Notes under the pieces: generated by a model
The model's input: only the letters and a program-made list of their open reading frames with translations
What the model was told of the DNA's origin: nothing
Database searches by the model: none
Translations under genes and position numbers: made by a program
DNA from: Escherichia phage vB_EcoM_G2540
Reading direction: 5' to 3' (one strand)
DNA length: 64,000 nt
Sequence record: MK327936.1
In this document: positions 21,447 through 31,502 of the stretch, piece by piece
Layout of the letters: the number at the start of each line of letters is the position of its first letter
How positions within the stretch are numbered: position 1 is the stretch's first letter

Positions 21447-22541
21447 ATGGCAATTGTTAAAGAAATAACTGCTGATTTAATTAAAAAGTCCGGTGAGAAA
21501 ATTTCAGCCGGACAGAGTACTAAATCAGAAGTAGGAACTAAAACATACACAGCCCAGTTTCCAACTGGGCGTGCTAGTGGTAATGACACTACAGGGGACT
21601 TCCAGGTAACAGATCTGTATAAGAATGGATTATTATTTACTGCATACAATATGTCATCTAGGGATTCTGGAAGTCTTAGATCGATGAGATCTAACTACTC
21701 TTCTTCATCTTCGAGTATTTTACGTACAGCCAGAAACACTATTAGTAGTACAGTATCAAAACTATCAAATGGATTAATATCAAATAATAATTCAGGAACA
21801 ATAAGTAAAGCTCCTATCGCAAACATTCTTTTACCGAGATCTAAATCTGATGTTGATACATCATCACATAGATTTAATGATGTTCAAGAAAGCCTTATCA
21901 GTAGAGGCGGAGGTACTGCTACTGGAGTGCTAAGTAATATTGCTTCAACCGCAGTATTTGGGGCACTGGAAAGTATAACACAAGGTATAATGGCTGATAA
22001 TAATGAACAGATTTATACGACAGCCAGAAGTATGTATGGTGGTGCTGAAAATAGAACTAAAGTGTTTACATGGGATTTGACTCCACGTTCAACAGAAGAT
22101 TTAATGGCTATTATTAATATCTATCAATATTTTAACTATTTTTCTTACGGTGAAACGGGTAAATCTCAATATGCTGCTGAAATAAAGGGGTATTTAGATG
22201 ATTGGTATCGTTCTACGTTAATTGAACCTTTATCTCCGGAAGATGCAGCTAAAAATAAAACACTATTTGAGAAAATGACATCGAGTTTAACTAACGTTCT
22301 AGTAGTTTCAAACCCGACAATTTGGATGGTGAAAAACTTTGGTGCAACATCTAAGTTTGATGGAAAAACGGAAATATTTGGTCCATGTCAAATCCAGAGT
22401 ATCAGATTTGATAAAACACCTAATGGTAACTTTAACGGATTAGCTATTGCTCCAAACCTCCCTAGTACATTTACTCTCGAGATTACTATGAGAGAAATTA
22501 TCACGTTAAACCGTGCTTCTTTATATGCGGGGGCTTTTTAA
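21447..22541 (+). CDS. 48: Baseplate-tail tube junction protein gp48 (364 aa)
   Basis: 364 aa, conserved position. Confidence 0.9.
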   Translation: MAIVKEITADLIKKSGEKISAGQSTKSEVGTKTYTAQFPTGRASGNDTTGDFQVTDLYKNGLLFTAYNMSSRDSGSLRSMRSNYSSSSSSILRTARNTISSTVSKLSNGLISNNNSGTISKAPIANILLPRSKSDVDTSSHRFNDVQESLISRGGGTATGVLSNIASTAVFGALESITQGIMADNNEQIYTTARSMYGGAENRTKVFTWDLTPRSTEDLMAIINIYQYFNYFSYGETGKSQYAAEIKGYLDDWYRSTLIEPLSPEDAAKNKTLFEKMTSSLTNVLVVSNPTIWMVKNFGATSKFDGKTEIFGPCQIQSIRFDKTPNGNFNGLAIAPNLPSTFTLEITMREIITLNRASLYAGAF

Positions 22542-23506
22542 TGTATTCTTTAGAGGAATTTAATAATCAAGCAATAAACGCAGATTTCCAACGTAATAAT
22601 ATGTTTAGCTGCGTTTTTGCAACAACTCCATCAACTAAAAGCTCTTCGTTGATAAGTTCAATTAGCAACTTTTCTTATAATAACTTGGGCCTAAATTCAG
22701 ATTGGCTAGGATTAACTCAAGGTGATATTAATCAGGGAATTACCACGCTAATTACAGCTGGCACACAAAAACTGATAAGAAAATCAGGGGTTAGTAAATA
22801 TCTTATTGGTGCCATGAGTCAACGTACAGTTCAAAGTTTATTAGGCTCATTTACAGTTGGTACATATTTAATTGACTTCTTTAACATGGCATATAACTCA
22901 TCTGGATTGATGATATACTCTGTAAAAATGCCAGAGAATAGATTATCCTATGAAACTGACTGGAACTACAACTCTCCTAATATTCGTATAACTGGGAGAG
23001 AATTAGACCCTTTGGTTATTTCATTTAGAATGGATTCAGAAGCTTGTAACTATCGTGCAATGCAAGACTGGGTTAACGCTGTTCAAGACCCAGTAACTGG
23101 ACTGCGTGCTTTGCCACAAGATGTCGAGGCAGATATTCAGGTTAATCTTCATTCTCGCAATGGATTACCTCATACTGCGGTAATGTTCACCGGATGCATT
23201 CCAATGTCAGTGAGCGCTCCTGAATTATCATATGATGGAGATAACCAAATAACTACATTTGATGTTACTTTTGCGTATAGAGTCATGCAGGCTGGAGCAG
23301 TTGATAGGCAAGCTGCGCTTGAATGGCTTGAATCTGCTGCTATAAATGGTATTCAAAGCGTTCTCGGAAATAGTGGAGGTGTTACTGGACTATCTAATTC
23401 GCTTTCACGACTCAGTAGATTAGGTGGAACTGCAGGAAGCATTTCAAACATTAATACTATGACAGGAATTGTCAATTCGCAAAGTAAAATATTAGGAGCA
23501 ATATAA
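22541..23506 (+). CDS. 54: Baseplate-tail tube initiator gp54 (321 aa)
   Basis: 321 aa, conserved position; stop/start overlap with gene 48. Confidence 0.9.
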   Translation: MYSLEEFNNQAINADFQRNNMFSCVFATTPSTKSSSLISSISNFSYNNLGLNSDWLGLTQGDINQGITTLITAGTQKLIRKSGVSKYLIGAMSQRTVQSLLGSFTVGTYLIDFFNMAYNSSGLMIYSVKMPENRLSYETDWNYNSPNIRITGRELDPLVISFRMDSEACNYRAMQDWVNAVQDPVTGLRALPQDVEADIQVNLHSRNGLPHTAVMFTGCIPMSVSAPELSYDGDNQITTFDVTFAYRVMQAGAVDRQAALEWLESAAINGIQSVLGNSGGVTGLSNSLSRLSRLGGTAGSISNINTMTGIVNSQSKILGAI

Positions 23507-23510
23507 CAAT

Positions 23511-23528
23511 GGGGACCTTTCGGTCCCC
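23511..23528. terminator. Bidirectional stem-loop between convergent gene 54 and the alt-side operon
   Basis: GGGGACC-TTTC-GGTCCCC followed by ATATTTTTA. Confidence 0.6.
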
Positions 23529-23534
23529 ATATTT

Positions 23535-23825
23535 TTATTTACGGAATGAAATGAAAGCAGCAACTGAAGCAACTAAACTGTCTTCAATATAAACTTCAAT
23601 TTTTACCGGAGCTTCTGACTCAAATTTACCTGTTACTACACCCTGAAAAATACTTTCAGTCTGTTCTGGCTTTGAAAAATTTTCAGAAGGAAAAATTCCG
23701 AACTTTTTATCTGTTCCAAAAATTTTAATAAATTCATCGTAAACTGCTTCATTAAAAGCGTTATCAGCAGGAATAACGCCTTCAACTACAAGTTCTTGAC
23801 CTAAAAAGCGCAAAGAAGATTTCAT
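23535..23825 (-). CDS. Hypothetical protein (alt.-3 position)
   Basis: 96 aa ORF downstream of the alt paralogs. Confidence 0.5.
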   Translation of the reverse strand: MKSSLRFLGQELVVEGVIPADNAFNEAVYDEFIKIFGTDKKFGIFPSENFSKPEQTESIFQGVVTGKFESEAPVKIEVYIEDSLVASVAAFISFRK

Positions 23826-23885
23826 TTTGTGTTCCTCATGTTATGTCAGTAAGACTACTATAACACAACATAAGGAACTTGTAAA

Positions 23886-25943
23886 CTACATTTTGAACTT
23901 TTTAGACATTCCGTTGATGTTAACCAAAGAAGCTAATATTTGAGAAACTTCGTTTTCCTCTTCTTTTGATTCTTCTACAAGGAATTGATTAAATCCAGCC
24001 ATTGGACGAACTTCACCAGTTTCCATTAAATGGTCGCCATCATATACTGATTCTTCTAATTGTTCAGAAGGAGGAACGATTGTACCTTCGATTAGATACT
24101 TGTTATAAGCAGTTTCTTTCATAAAGTACGTACTTACTTTATTAATCTTTAGTAAAATTCCGCGCGGTAGAATAACTTCAGCTTCTGATGGAAATCCTGA
24201 TAAATGACCTGGAACGATAACTTTGATTCGCTCAGCTCCTTTAATTACCATACCCACGCTAGTTTCAGCATCTTCATTAGCATATGTAGAATGACTACCC
24301 ATATGCATCAAATCTTCTGCATCAACGGAATCTTCTCCTTCACCAGAAAATACTGCGCCGGAATCATCTAGAGCCATATAGTTTTTACCATGCTCACCGA
24401 AGATATTTGGTTTAAGCGATGTGGATACGAAGTTCTTGAAATAAAACATTTTATTTTCAATGTTATGACGCAAAGTTTTAAAGGTAACTTCTTGTCCACG
24501 GTAAAGCGTAGTTCCTGGAGGAAGAACTGAACCTTTAGCGAATGCAGAATCCAACGTCTCGATGTGCTTAATAGCACGTTCCATATATTCTTCACGGGTA
24601 GAATCTGGTTTACCCAAAAGGAACGAGTTCATTTCAACATATGAATCAGCACAATAATCTTCAATTACGTCAGATTCAGCCTGAGTTAATCCTTTTGGAG
24701 TTACTTCGGTGCTTGCGTATTCATACGCCTGGGCGGCAGATTCATTAATCAATTTATAAATGCCATTCATGACGAATTGAATAATAGCTGTCTTTTCATC
24801 TGGCGTGGCTTTAGAACCTTTAACTAAATCATTAATAATTTTCTTAATAACATCAAAGCTATTAGAAATATTAATGTCAGCAAGATCGCTTAAAATTTTA
24901 TCAGTTTTATAATCAAAGAATTCTTTATTCTTTAAATATTCTTGAGAACCTTGATATGTTATATCGCTCTGCAGCTTGATAGATGGATCACGTAAACGCG
25001 CATGGGCCAATGCGATATGATTTCGGAAGTTTTCTAGTTCATAATCGCTAGATTTAAAACGAGAAGCACTCCTCATACCACCAATAGCTCCTTTGCTGAA
25101 GTTTGAACCAATCTGAATAACGCCAGAGTTCATTGGTCCTTCTGCTTTATACACCGGAACTTTAAATTCAAACTCTTGATATTTCTTAGCAGCGAAGCTA
25201 TCACCCTGAAGTGAAGCATCGACAGTAGAATATTGAGCTTGTGCTGCTAATCGACGACTGATTTTAGTTTTCTGAATAACAGCTTGGTCCGTGCGTTTAT
25301 CATTTTCTAAAGCAATAGAAGCAGCAACAGCGACAGCTTTAGGAACAGCATTTCCTGTTTTAACGTCTACATAAACATCACCGACCTTTGATTCAACTTT
25401 TGTGAATAACTCAGTTGAAATAGGAGGTACACCTGGAATGTCTTCTAAATTGGCATTTTTACGGTAAACCATAATATATGCGTACTTTTTATCGTAATCC
25501 CAGATTTCCTTTAAAAGAACATATCGACCTGCTCCTTTAGTACGTACTAAACGGTCAGCAATAACTTGCATTTGACGAGCAGCGCCATTTGTTTTACTCT
25601 TTAGTACGCGAAATAAGCATGCATCAATTTTATACTGTTTCATTGTTTGAAGAGCAGTATCAAAAACAGCATTAATGACGCCAATTGGATTTCCACCCAA
25701 GTTTTTAAGCTTAACTAACGATAATTTCTCGTTGACACCTATCATTACGATATGCATCATTTTATCGCCTGGCTTAACGTTTTTATTCGTATCACCGCCA
25801 GAGGTGTATGTACAAAATCTAAATCCAGGAAGCACGCTTTCTTCACCGGCTTGAATAGCAAAAATTTGTGGTATTTTATGCTTAGGATTTAAGTTAACAA
25901 CCGGCGCCGAAGCGCCGTCAAATAATTCTGTAATAAGTTCCAT
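23886..25943 (-). CDS. Alt-family NAD-protein ADP-ribosyltransferase, paralog A (685 aa)
   Basis: N-terminus MELITELFDG...; C-terminal ART motifs: LYRGQ (Arg), FVSTSL (STS), SEAEVILPRG (E-x-E). Confidence 0.85.
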   Translation of the reverse strand: MELITELFDGASAPVVNLNPKHKIPQIFAIQAGEESVLPGFRFCTYTSGGDTNKNVKPGDKMMHIVMIGVNEKLSLVKLKNLGGNPIGVINAVFDTALQTMKQYKIDACLFRVLKSKTNGAARQMQVIADRLVRTKGAGRYVLLKEIWDYDKKYAYIMVYRKNANLEDIPGVPPISTELFTKVESKVGDVYVDVKTGNAVPKAVAVAASIALENDKRTDQAVIQKTKISRRLAAQAQYSTVDASLQGDSFAAKKYQEFEFKVPVYKAEGPMNSGVIQIGSNFSKGAIGGMRSASRFKSSDYELENFRNHIALAHARLRDPSIKLQSDITYQGSQEYLKNKEFFDYKTDKILSDLADINISNSFDVIKKIINDLVKGSKATPDEKTAIIQFVMNGIYKLINESAAQAYEYASTEVTPKGLTQAESDVIEDYCADSYVEMNSFLLGKPDSTREEYMERAIKHIETLDSAFAKGSVLPPGTTLYRGQEVTFKTLRHNIENKMFYFKNFVSTSLKPNIFGEHGKNYMALDDSGAVFSGEGEDSVDAEDLMHMGSHSTYANEDAETSVGMVIKGAERIKVIVPGHLSGFPSEAEVILPRGILLKINKVSTYFMKETAYNKYLIEGTIVPPSEQLEESVYDGDHLMETGEVRPMAGFNQFLVEESKEEENEVSQILASLVNINGMSKKFKM

Positions 25944-25946
25944 GAT

Positions 25947-28043
25947 TTATCCTTGAACGAACTTGTAAGGCATGTTTGTAATATCTATGCAAGACGCAAT
26001 AATTCCAAGAGATGATTCTACTTTCTGTTTAACGTTTGATGAAACAAATGATGCAAAGTCAACTCTGTCTTCTATTTCAATATCACCTGTCATTGCAACC
26101 AATTCACCAGTTTCCATTAAATGGTCTCCATCATAGATTACCGATTCGGTGAGCTCTTCCGTGGTCATAACTTCAGCTTGAATGAGTTTTGTATTATTAG
26201 ATGTTGTTCCGTCATTATTAGAAGCATCAGTTATTTTATTAACTTTGACCATCAATCCACGCGGTAGAATAACTTCAGCTTCTGTTGCTATTCCGAGACT
26301 TCCTGGATATACAACATTAACTTTATGAGCTCCATCAATTGCCCATCCTATTTGAACTTTAACGTATTCAGGATTTTCTTTATACGCTCTTATTTCGTTT
26401 GGATTAATAGTTATTCCTTCTTCATTTTTATCAACTGTTAATTCATTGCGAGCTTCTGGTTCTAAAAGACCAATACCAGCATGTGTAATTCCAAAACGTC
26501 CAAAAATGATAGGAGTTAAAGAAGTAGATACAAAATTTCTGAAGTAGAACACTTTATTTTTAACTAACGCTTCATATATAGGAGCAGTCATACTTTGAGC
26601 ACGATAAACTGTAATGCCTTCTGGTATACGGTCACCATTTTCAAAAGCTGAATCTAAGTTATTTATAGCAGATTCAATTTCTTTTTCACTCATTACATCA
26701 TATCGTTCTGGATTGTAACGACCTAAAAGAAGATTATTGATGTCAGTATATCCTGAACCGCAATATTCTCTAATGCCACGCTTTTGTGATGGAGTATATT
26801 TAGAACCATCGCGGGCAATAGTAATATCAATCATTGGACCAGCACCAATTCCAGAAAAACTGTAAATCATTCGTTTGAGGAATTTAGTTTTTGCTGCGTT
26901 CCAGGAATTTTTAGTTATTTCTTCCCAGACTTCATCTGGTTGTCCTTTACGATTTTTATTATGATTAGCAAGCCATTTATCTTTATAATCTTCAAAGAAT
27001 TGATTTACAGCTGCTGCGTATTTCTCTAAACATTTTATTGAAGTAGTTGGTTCATTTTTAATTGCATTAAAAATTACTTCTTTAATTTTTTCTGAAACTT
27101 CACCGACTTGACTCATTGGAAAGAATTTATAATCATAGTGAAGTTCATCTGCCGTTCCTTCAGCAATAATTTTTGCTGCCTTTGTTTTAGAAGCTAATGA
27201 ATTAATTCCAATTTTCATTTCTTCTGCTTCGGGAATTAAAGGTGCAGTAGCTGGTTTATTAAAATTAGCTGCTGTAGATTCATACTTCTGGAATAATTCA
27301 CTTTCAAATCTAGAAGATTCCAATGACTGACTTTGTGCAATTGCTCTACGGGAAATTTTAACTTTAACGATTACGGCTTGGTCAGAACGTTTATCATTTT
27401 CTTGTGCAATTGATGCTGCAATTGCCTCATTTTTAGTTACTTGGGCTCCAGTATCTTTATTGATATAAACATCACCAACCTTCGATTCAACCTTAGTAAA
27501 GAGTTCAGTACTAATTTCTGGAACTCCTGGAATGTCTTCTAGTGATACGTTTTTACGATGTATAAGAATATATGCATACTTTTTATCGTAATCCCAGAGT
27601 TCCTTAAGAAGGACGTATCTGCCACCTGAACGACTACGGATAAGTCTATCAGCAATAAGTTGAATTTGTCGAGCTTGACCGGCGGTTTTAGACTTAAGAA
27701 TGCGTAGCATACATGCATCAATTTTATACTGTTTCATTGTTTGCATTGCTACGGTAAATACTGAATTGATGTAATTAATAGGACTCGGTCCAAGACCCTT
27801 TAATTTAGCAATTGACCCCTTTGCAGTTAATGTAAAAGGAACGATATGCATCATTTTATCGCCCATTTTTAAATCGCGATTAGTATCACCTCCAGATGTA
27901 TAGGTACATAAACGAAAGCCTGGTTGTTCAATTGCATCATCAACATGAACTGAAAAAATTTGTGGTATTTTCTTCTTTGGATTTAAGTTTGTAATCGGAA
28001 GAGTAGTATCTTCGTCAAATAATTCTGTAATGAGTTCCATCAT
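25947..28043 (-). CDS. alt: Alt-family NAD-protein ADP-ribosyltransferase, paralog B (698 aa)
   Basis: N-terminus MMELITELFDEDTTLPITNLNPKKKIPQIF; ART motifs VYRAQ, FVSTSL, TEAEVILPRG; 3 nt downstream of paralog A on the same strand. Confidence 0.85.
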   Translation of the reverse strand: MMELITELFDEDTTLPITNLNPKKKIPQIFSVHVDDAIEQPGFRLCTYTSGGDTNRDLKMGDKMMHIVPFTLTAKGSIAKLKGLGPSPINYINSVFTVAMQTMKQYKIDACMLRILKSKTAGQARQIQLIADRLIRSRSGGRYVLLKELWDYDKKYAYILIHRKNVSLEDIPGVPEISTELFTKVESKVGDVYINKDTGAQVTKNEAIAASIAQENDKRSDQAVIVKVKISRRAIAQSQSLESSRFESELFQKYESTAANFNKPATAPLIPEAEEMKIGINSLASKTKAAKIIAEGTADELHYDYKFFPMSQVGEVSEKIKEVIFNAIKNEPTTSIKCLEKYAAAVNQFFEDYKDKWLANHNKNRKGQPDEVWEEITKNSWNAAKTKFLKRMIYSFSGIGAGPMIDITIARDGSKYTPSQKRGIREYCGSGYTDINNLLLGRYNPERYDVMSEKEIESAINNLDSAFENGDRIPEGITVYRAQSMTAPIYEALVKNKVFYFRNFVSTSLTPIIFGRFGITHAGIGLLEPEARNELTVDKNEEGITINPNEIRAYKENPEYVKVQIGWAIDGAHKVNVVYPGSLGIATEAEVILPRGLMVKVNKITDASNNDGTTSNNTKLIQAEVMTTEELTESVIYDGDHLMETGELVAMTGDIEIEDRVDFASFVSSNVKQKVESSLGIIASCIDITNMPYKFVQG

Positions 28044-28076
28044 ATCCTCTCTAGTGTTTATTCTATTTATAAAATT

Positions 28077-28094
28077 AAAGGCCCGAAGGCCTTT
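28077..28094. terminator. Stem-loop between the gene 30 operon and alt
   Basis: AAAGGCC-CGAA-GGCCTTT. Confidence 0.5.
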
Positions 28095-28281
28095 AATAAT
28101 CTATTGGTAAGAGAGTACGATATATTTCAAACTTTGGACCTTTTTCATAGGCATCAAATGTTTCTGTGAATTTATTATAAGCATATGCATCTATAAATTC
28201 AATCATGATTTGTGATACAGAAGTAGAAACATCTCCACCTTCTTTTTGAGCCACGACAATTGTTTCTAAGTAAGCTTTCAT
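28093..28281 (-). CDS. Hypothetical small protein
   Basis: 62 aa ORF; start overlaps DNA ligase stop by 4 nt. Confidence 0.45.
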   Translation of the reverse strand: MKAYLETIVVAQKEGGDVSTSVSQIMIEFIDAYAYNKFTETFDAYEKGPKFEIYRTLLPIDY

Positions 28282-29741
28282 AAACCAGTTACCTCATGAA
28301 AATCACCAAATACATCCTCGAATGTATTAGCTTTAGTTTTATCTTCACGTAAACGAATCGCAATCGGAAGAAATAATTTAACGTAATCAGTGCGGCCATC
28401 AGATTTTAACCAACCGTTGCATTCGCACTCTAGAATTTTTCCAATATAATAATTTTGATTTTCCATAATGCGAGTACGATCAAGTTCATGCGATTTTACA
28501 CCGGCTTTATCTTTTAAGCCTGAACCAGCATTTACTTTAATTTTTCCACACTCTGATTCAAGAATGAAACCACCTGCTTTAGTAGGGTCTTTACGGTGAG
28601 GATAAATTCCTACAATTTTTAAATCAACATCAATTACTTCTTTAAATTTATAAAGATTTTTTGAACGAGCATTTTCCCATAATCCATCGATATTTTTGAG
28701 AATAATACCTTCAAGACCTTGGTCAATATACTTTTTGTAAATTACCTTAGCTTCATCTAGGTTATTTACTACTTGGTTTTCAATTAAAATTACTTTATCA
28801 TAGCCTGATGTCATTTGTTCTAGTTTAGAAAAACGTACATCATATTTTAAACGAAATGCTGGAAGACCATATATTTCTACTAATGGAACATAATCCCAGA
28901 CCTGAAACTTCATGCATTGTGCTTCTTTTTCAGAAATGGTTCCCTTTAAAGATTTATTGGCGATGCCATTAGATGCAGTACGTGATTCAGCTACTTCGGC
29001 GAATTCTTTAGCTTTACTAATTTCAGGATAAGCATCAAAAAGAAAATCTAGGCCTTCTGGTTCCTTTTCAACTTGCTCATGGTATACCAATTCGCCATCA
29101 ATTAACACACCTTCTGGATGAATCTGGCGGGCTTCAGCAGTCATTTTGATTAACTCTTCCTTAAGAAGATCTAATCCTAGATATTCATTGCCAGCTCGTG
29201 ATAAAAGACGAACATCATCTAATTCATCACCTCTGACTTCGGCAAAGCACCGAGCTCCATCAGCTTTTAACTGGGCAAAGGCTGGAAATTTGATATTCTT
29301 ATTAATGCCTTTTTCATCATAAGAACTTGCAAGCATTTGAGGTTGTTCAGGAATTAAACCTGGCCAAACTTTGTTCGCAATAGATACTGAAGCGCCACAT
29401 TCAAGGTCTCGCATCATCACTCGACGCAAAACTTCAACATCATCTTTTTTACCATCGGTGATGTATCCAATTAATTCCTCAATCGCCGCATTTCCAGTCA
29501 ATTTCCGAGTAGCTAACGTGAATTCAATGAAGTCAAGCATATCGGTAAGAGTCAACATTCCAAAACTCTGGGTAGCAATACCAGGTTTAGGCCATTTCTT
29601 GATATAATACTGTAACCCACGAGAATAAGTCAGACGATATACTCGTTTAAGCAATTCATTATCTTTATTCTTTTCAAGAATTGCTTGCTTCTGCTTAGTT
29701 GAACCAATAGATGCTATTTCGTTCAGAATTTTAAGAATCAT
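28278..29741 (-). CDS. 30: ATP-dependent DNA ligase gp30 (487 aa)
   Basis: 487 aa; adenylation motif KADGAR; N-terminus MILKILNEIASIGSTKQKQ as T4 DNA ligase. Confidence 0.95.
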   Translation of the reverse strand: MILKILNEIASIGSTKQKQAILEKNKDNELLKRVYRLTYSRGLQYYIKKWPKPGIATQSFGMLTLTDMLDFIEFTLATRKLTGNAAIEELIGYITDGKKDDVEVLRRVMMRDLECGASVSIANKVWPGLIPEQPQMLASSYDEKGINKNIKFPAFAQLKADGARCFAEVRGDELDDVRLLSRAGNEYLGLDLLKEELIKMTAEARQIHPEGVLIDGELVYHEQVEKEPEGLDFLFDAYPEISKAKEFAEVAESRTASNGIANKSLKGTISEKEAQCMKFQVWDYVPLVEIYGLPAFRLKYDVRFSKLEQMTSGYDKVILIENQVVNNLDEAKVIYKKYIDQGLEGIILKNIDGLWENARSKNLYKFKEVIDVDLKIVGIYPHRKDPTKAGGFILESECGKIKVNAGSGLKDKAGVKSHELDRTRIMENQNYYIGKILECECNGWLKSDGRTDYVKLFLPIAIRLREDKTKANTFEDVFGDFHEVTGL

Positions 29742-30007
29742 TGTTCATCCTTTAGAGTTTGGTTTACAGCTCTATTATAAATCAATTCATCATTAAGCTC
29801 AGTCAAAGACCTGTGGTACGTTGTTCTAACTTTATTTCCTTGCATCCAGTGCTTGACGTAAATGAAACCTTGCTCTACACATTTTTTAAAAATTCGTTCG
29901 TCTTTTTGAGCTCGGAATTCTGGATTGCATCTAAAAAATTGATTTACGTGACCGTAATCACGTGTAGTATTACCTTCATTTTCATAAATAGTGTGAACGA
30001 CAAACAT
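29738..30007 (-). CDS. Hypothetical protein (30.1 position)
   Basis: 89 aa ORF, 4-nt overlaps on both sides. Confidence 0.5.
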   Translation of the reverse strand: MFVVHTIYENEGNTTRDYGHVNQFFRCNPEFRAQKDERIFKKCVEQGFIYVKHWMQGNKVRTTYHRSLTELNDELIYNRAVNQTLKDEQ

Positions 30008-30861
30008 TAGAATGCTCCTTGGAAAATATTATCACCACTACCACTAGTAAGTCTATTAAAATACCCTGCATCGCCAGGCTTAATATAACTCCACGTATGG
30101 AATGGATGCATCTGGTGTGAGTGCGTATAATATGGATGATATGGATTATAAGGATTAAATCCAGGAGTTCTCCAGGTAGTGTTCCAAGGAAAAGAATCGT
30201 TTTTGATCATCTTCTCGATTGCATCTTTTATAGCTTTTTCACTATCAAAACTTTCTTTATTTTCCTTCGGTGAAAAAAGCTTATTCTCTACATCATTCCA
30301 TGTATAAACTCGCTGAGCAGTTTTTGGAATACTGTCACGCTCCCCTCGAGCCATCCAATAAACAGGAACACTTAATATTTCACTCGCATGATCGCAGTGG
30401 TGAGCGAGATCGTCGATATAACAAATTACGTTATATTTCTCTTTTGCCTTTTTGAACAACTCTTCTTTTGAAGAATCATGACCACACATCAATACTTCTG
30501 AGAAGGCACCAGGAAAAAGAGCATTCAAATTAAATTGACGATTCAACAAAGCATCAATAGAATCACCCAATGCTGTAACAGCTACAAAATTATAATCTTC
30601 TTTTAATTTGTTAATTACACACAGGGCATCTTTATATGGAGACAAATAGCGAATAAAATCTGAACGATTATACTTTTCGATTAATTTAACACCGAGTTCT
30701 TCATCGCAATTAAAGAGCTTACCAGGAGAAATAAATTTTTCGTCCTGAATCATTTTTAAAATATGTTCTAATGGAAGATTATATTTTTGGGCAAAATAAG
30801 GAAGACCTGATTGCCAGCTTAAACATACTCCATCAATATCAGTTAAAATAGTAGGCTTCAT
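30007..30861 (-). CDS. HAD-superfamily phosphatase-like protein with His/Pro/Tyr-rich C-terminal tail (30.2 position)
   Basis: N-terminal motif ILTDIDGV (DxDG[TV] HAD motif I), later ICYIDD (motif IV-like); tail NPYNPYHPYYTHSHQMHPFH. Confidence 0.6.
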   Translation of the reverse strand: MKPTILTDIDGVCLSWQSGLPYFAQKYNLPLEHILKMIQDEKFISPGKLFNCDEELGVKLIEKYNRSDFIRYLSPYKDALCVINKLKEDYNFVAVTALGDSIDALLNRQFNLNALFPGAFSEVLMCGHDSSKEELFKKAKEKYNVICYIDDLAHHCDHASEILSVPVYWMARGERDSIPKTAQRVYTWNDVENKLFSPKENKESFDSEKAIKDAIEKMIKNDSFPWNTTWRTPGFNPYNPYHPYYTHSHQMHPFHTWSYIKPGDAGYFNRLTSGSGDNIFQGAF

Positions 30862-31322
30862 AGAGAGTCTCTTAATAGGTTTAACACATCAATAAATTCA
30901 GCTTCGGTTAGTATTGTATCATCTTTTGTTAGACCACTAGCCATGCTGTGCTTCAAAACTTTTCCTTTCGAGGCTTGTAATGCATCGCGAAAGCCCCTAT
31001 TTTGGATCGCTGCTTCAAAATATGCATTTGTGTATAATTCTTTCCACGCTGGGGAGTATCTTGAAAATGGAACTCCAAGCCAGAAGAGGGTCCCACGGTC
31101 CTGAGCTCTAGCATAAGACCTTCCAGCTTGTTGGGCGGCAAGCCCAGATAACCCAAATATACGACGTTGTTGTTCAACGTTTTTCACCTTGCATCCTTGG
31201 AGGAATCCTTCAAGACCTCCAAATTGAATACCATCCATAACGAAAGGCCAATGGGCGAAATTACTTAATGCGCATGATGGCCACCTAAAATTGCTTCTAA
31301 TCTCTAACTCAGACATTTTCAA
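30858..31322 (-). CDS. NADAR (YbiA/DUF1768)-family protein, 154 aa (30.3 position)
   Basis: Motif LSNFAHWPFVMDG resembles the FSNFAAWP...DG signature of E. coli YbiA-type NADAR domains (from recall, not searched). Confidence 0.6.
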   Translation of the reverse strand: MKMSELEIRSNFRWPSCALSNFAHWPFVMDGIQFGGLEGFLQGCKVKNVEQQRRIFGLSGLAAQQAGRSYARAQDRGTLFWLGVPFSRYSPAWKELYTNAYFEAAIQNRGFRDALQASKGKVLKHSMASGLTKDDTILTEAEFIDVLNLLRDSL

Positions 31323-31325
31323 TGC

Positions 31326-31502
31326 TTATAATTTCAACATCAGCCCAATGACCATAGCAAGGAAGACGAAATTCAACTGGCCATCTAATATAATAGACTC
31401 AACTTGTGGTTCTTCGTGTTCATCAGTATACGGATTTTTATCTGTTACTTTATATGTGACCTTAATGTACTGAATTCCAAAAATCTTATTAATTATATTC
31501 AT
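31326..31502 (-). CDS. Small hydrophobic-tailed ORF, 58 aa (not in track)
   Basis: Manual translation MNIINKIFGIQYIKVTYKVTDKNPYTDEHEEPQVESIILDGQLNFVFLAMVIGLMLKL; ATGA overlap with upstream ORF stop. Confidence 0.35.
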   Translation of the reverse strand: MNIINKIFGIQYIKVTYKVTDKNPYTDEHEEPQVESIILDGQLNFVFLAMVIGLMLKL

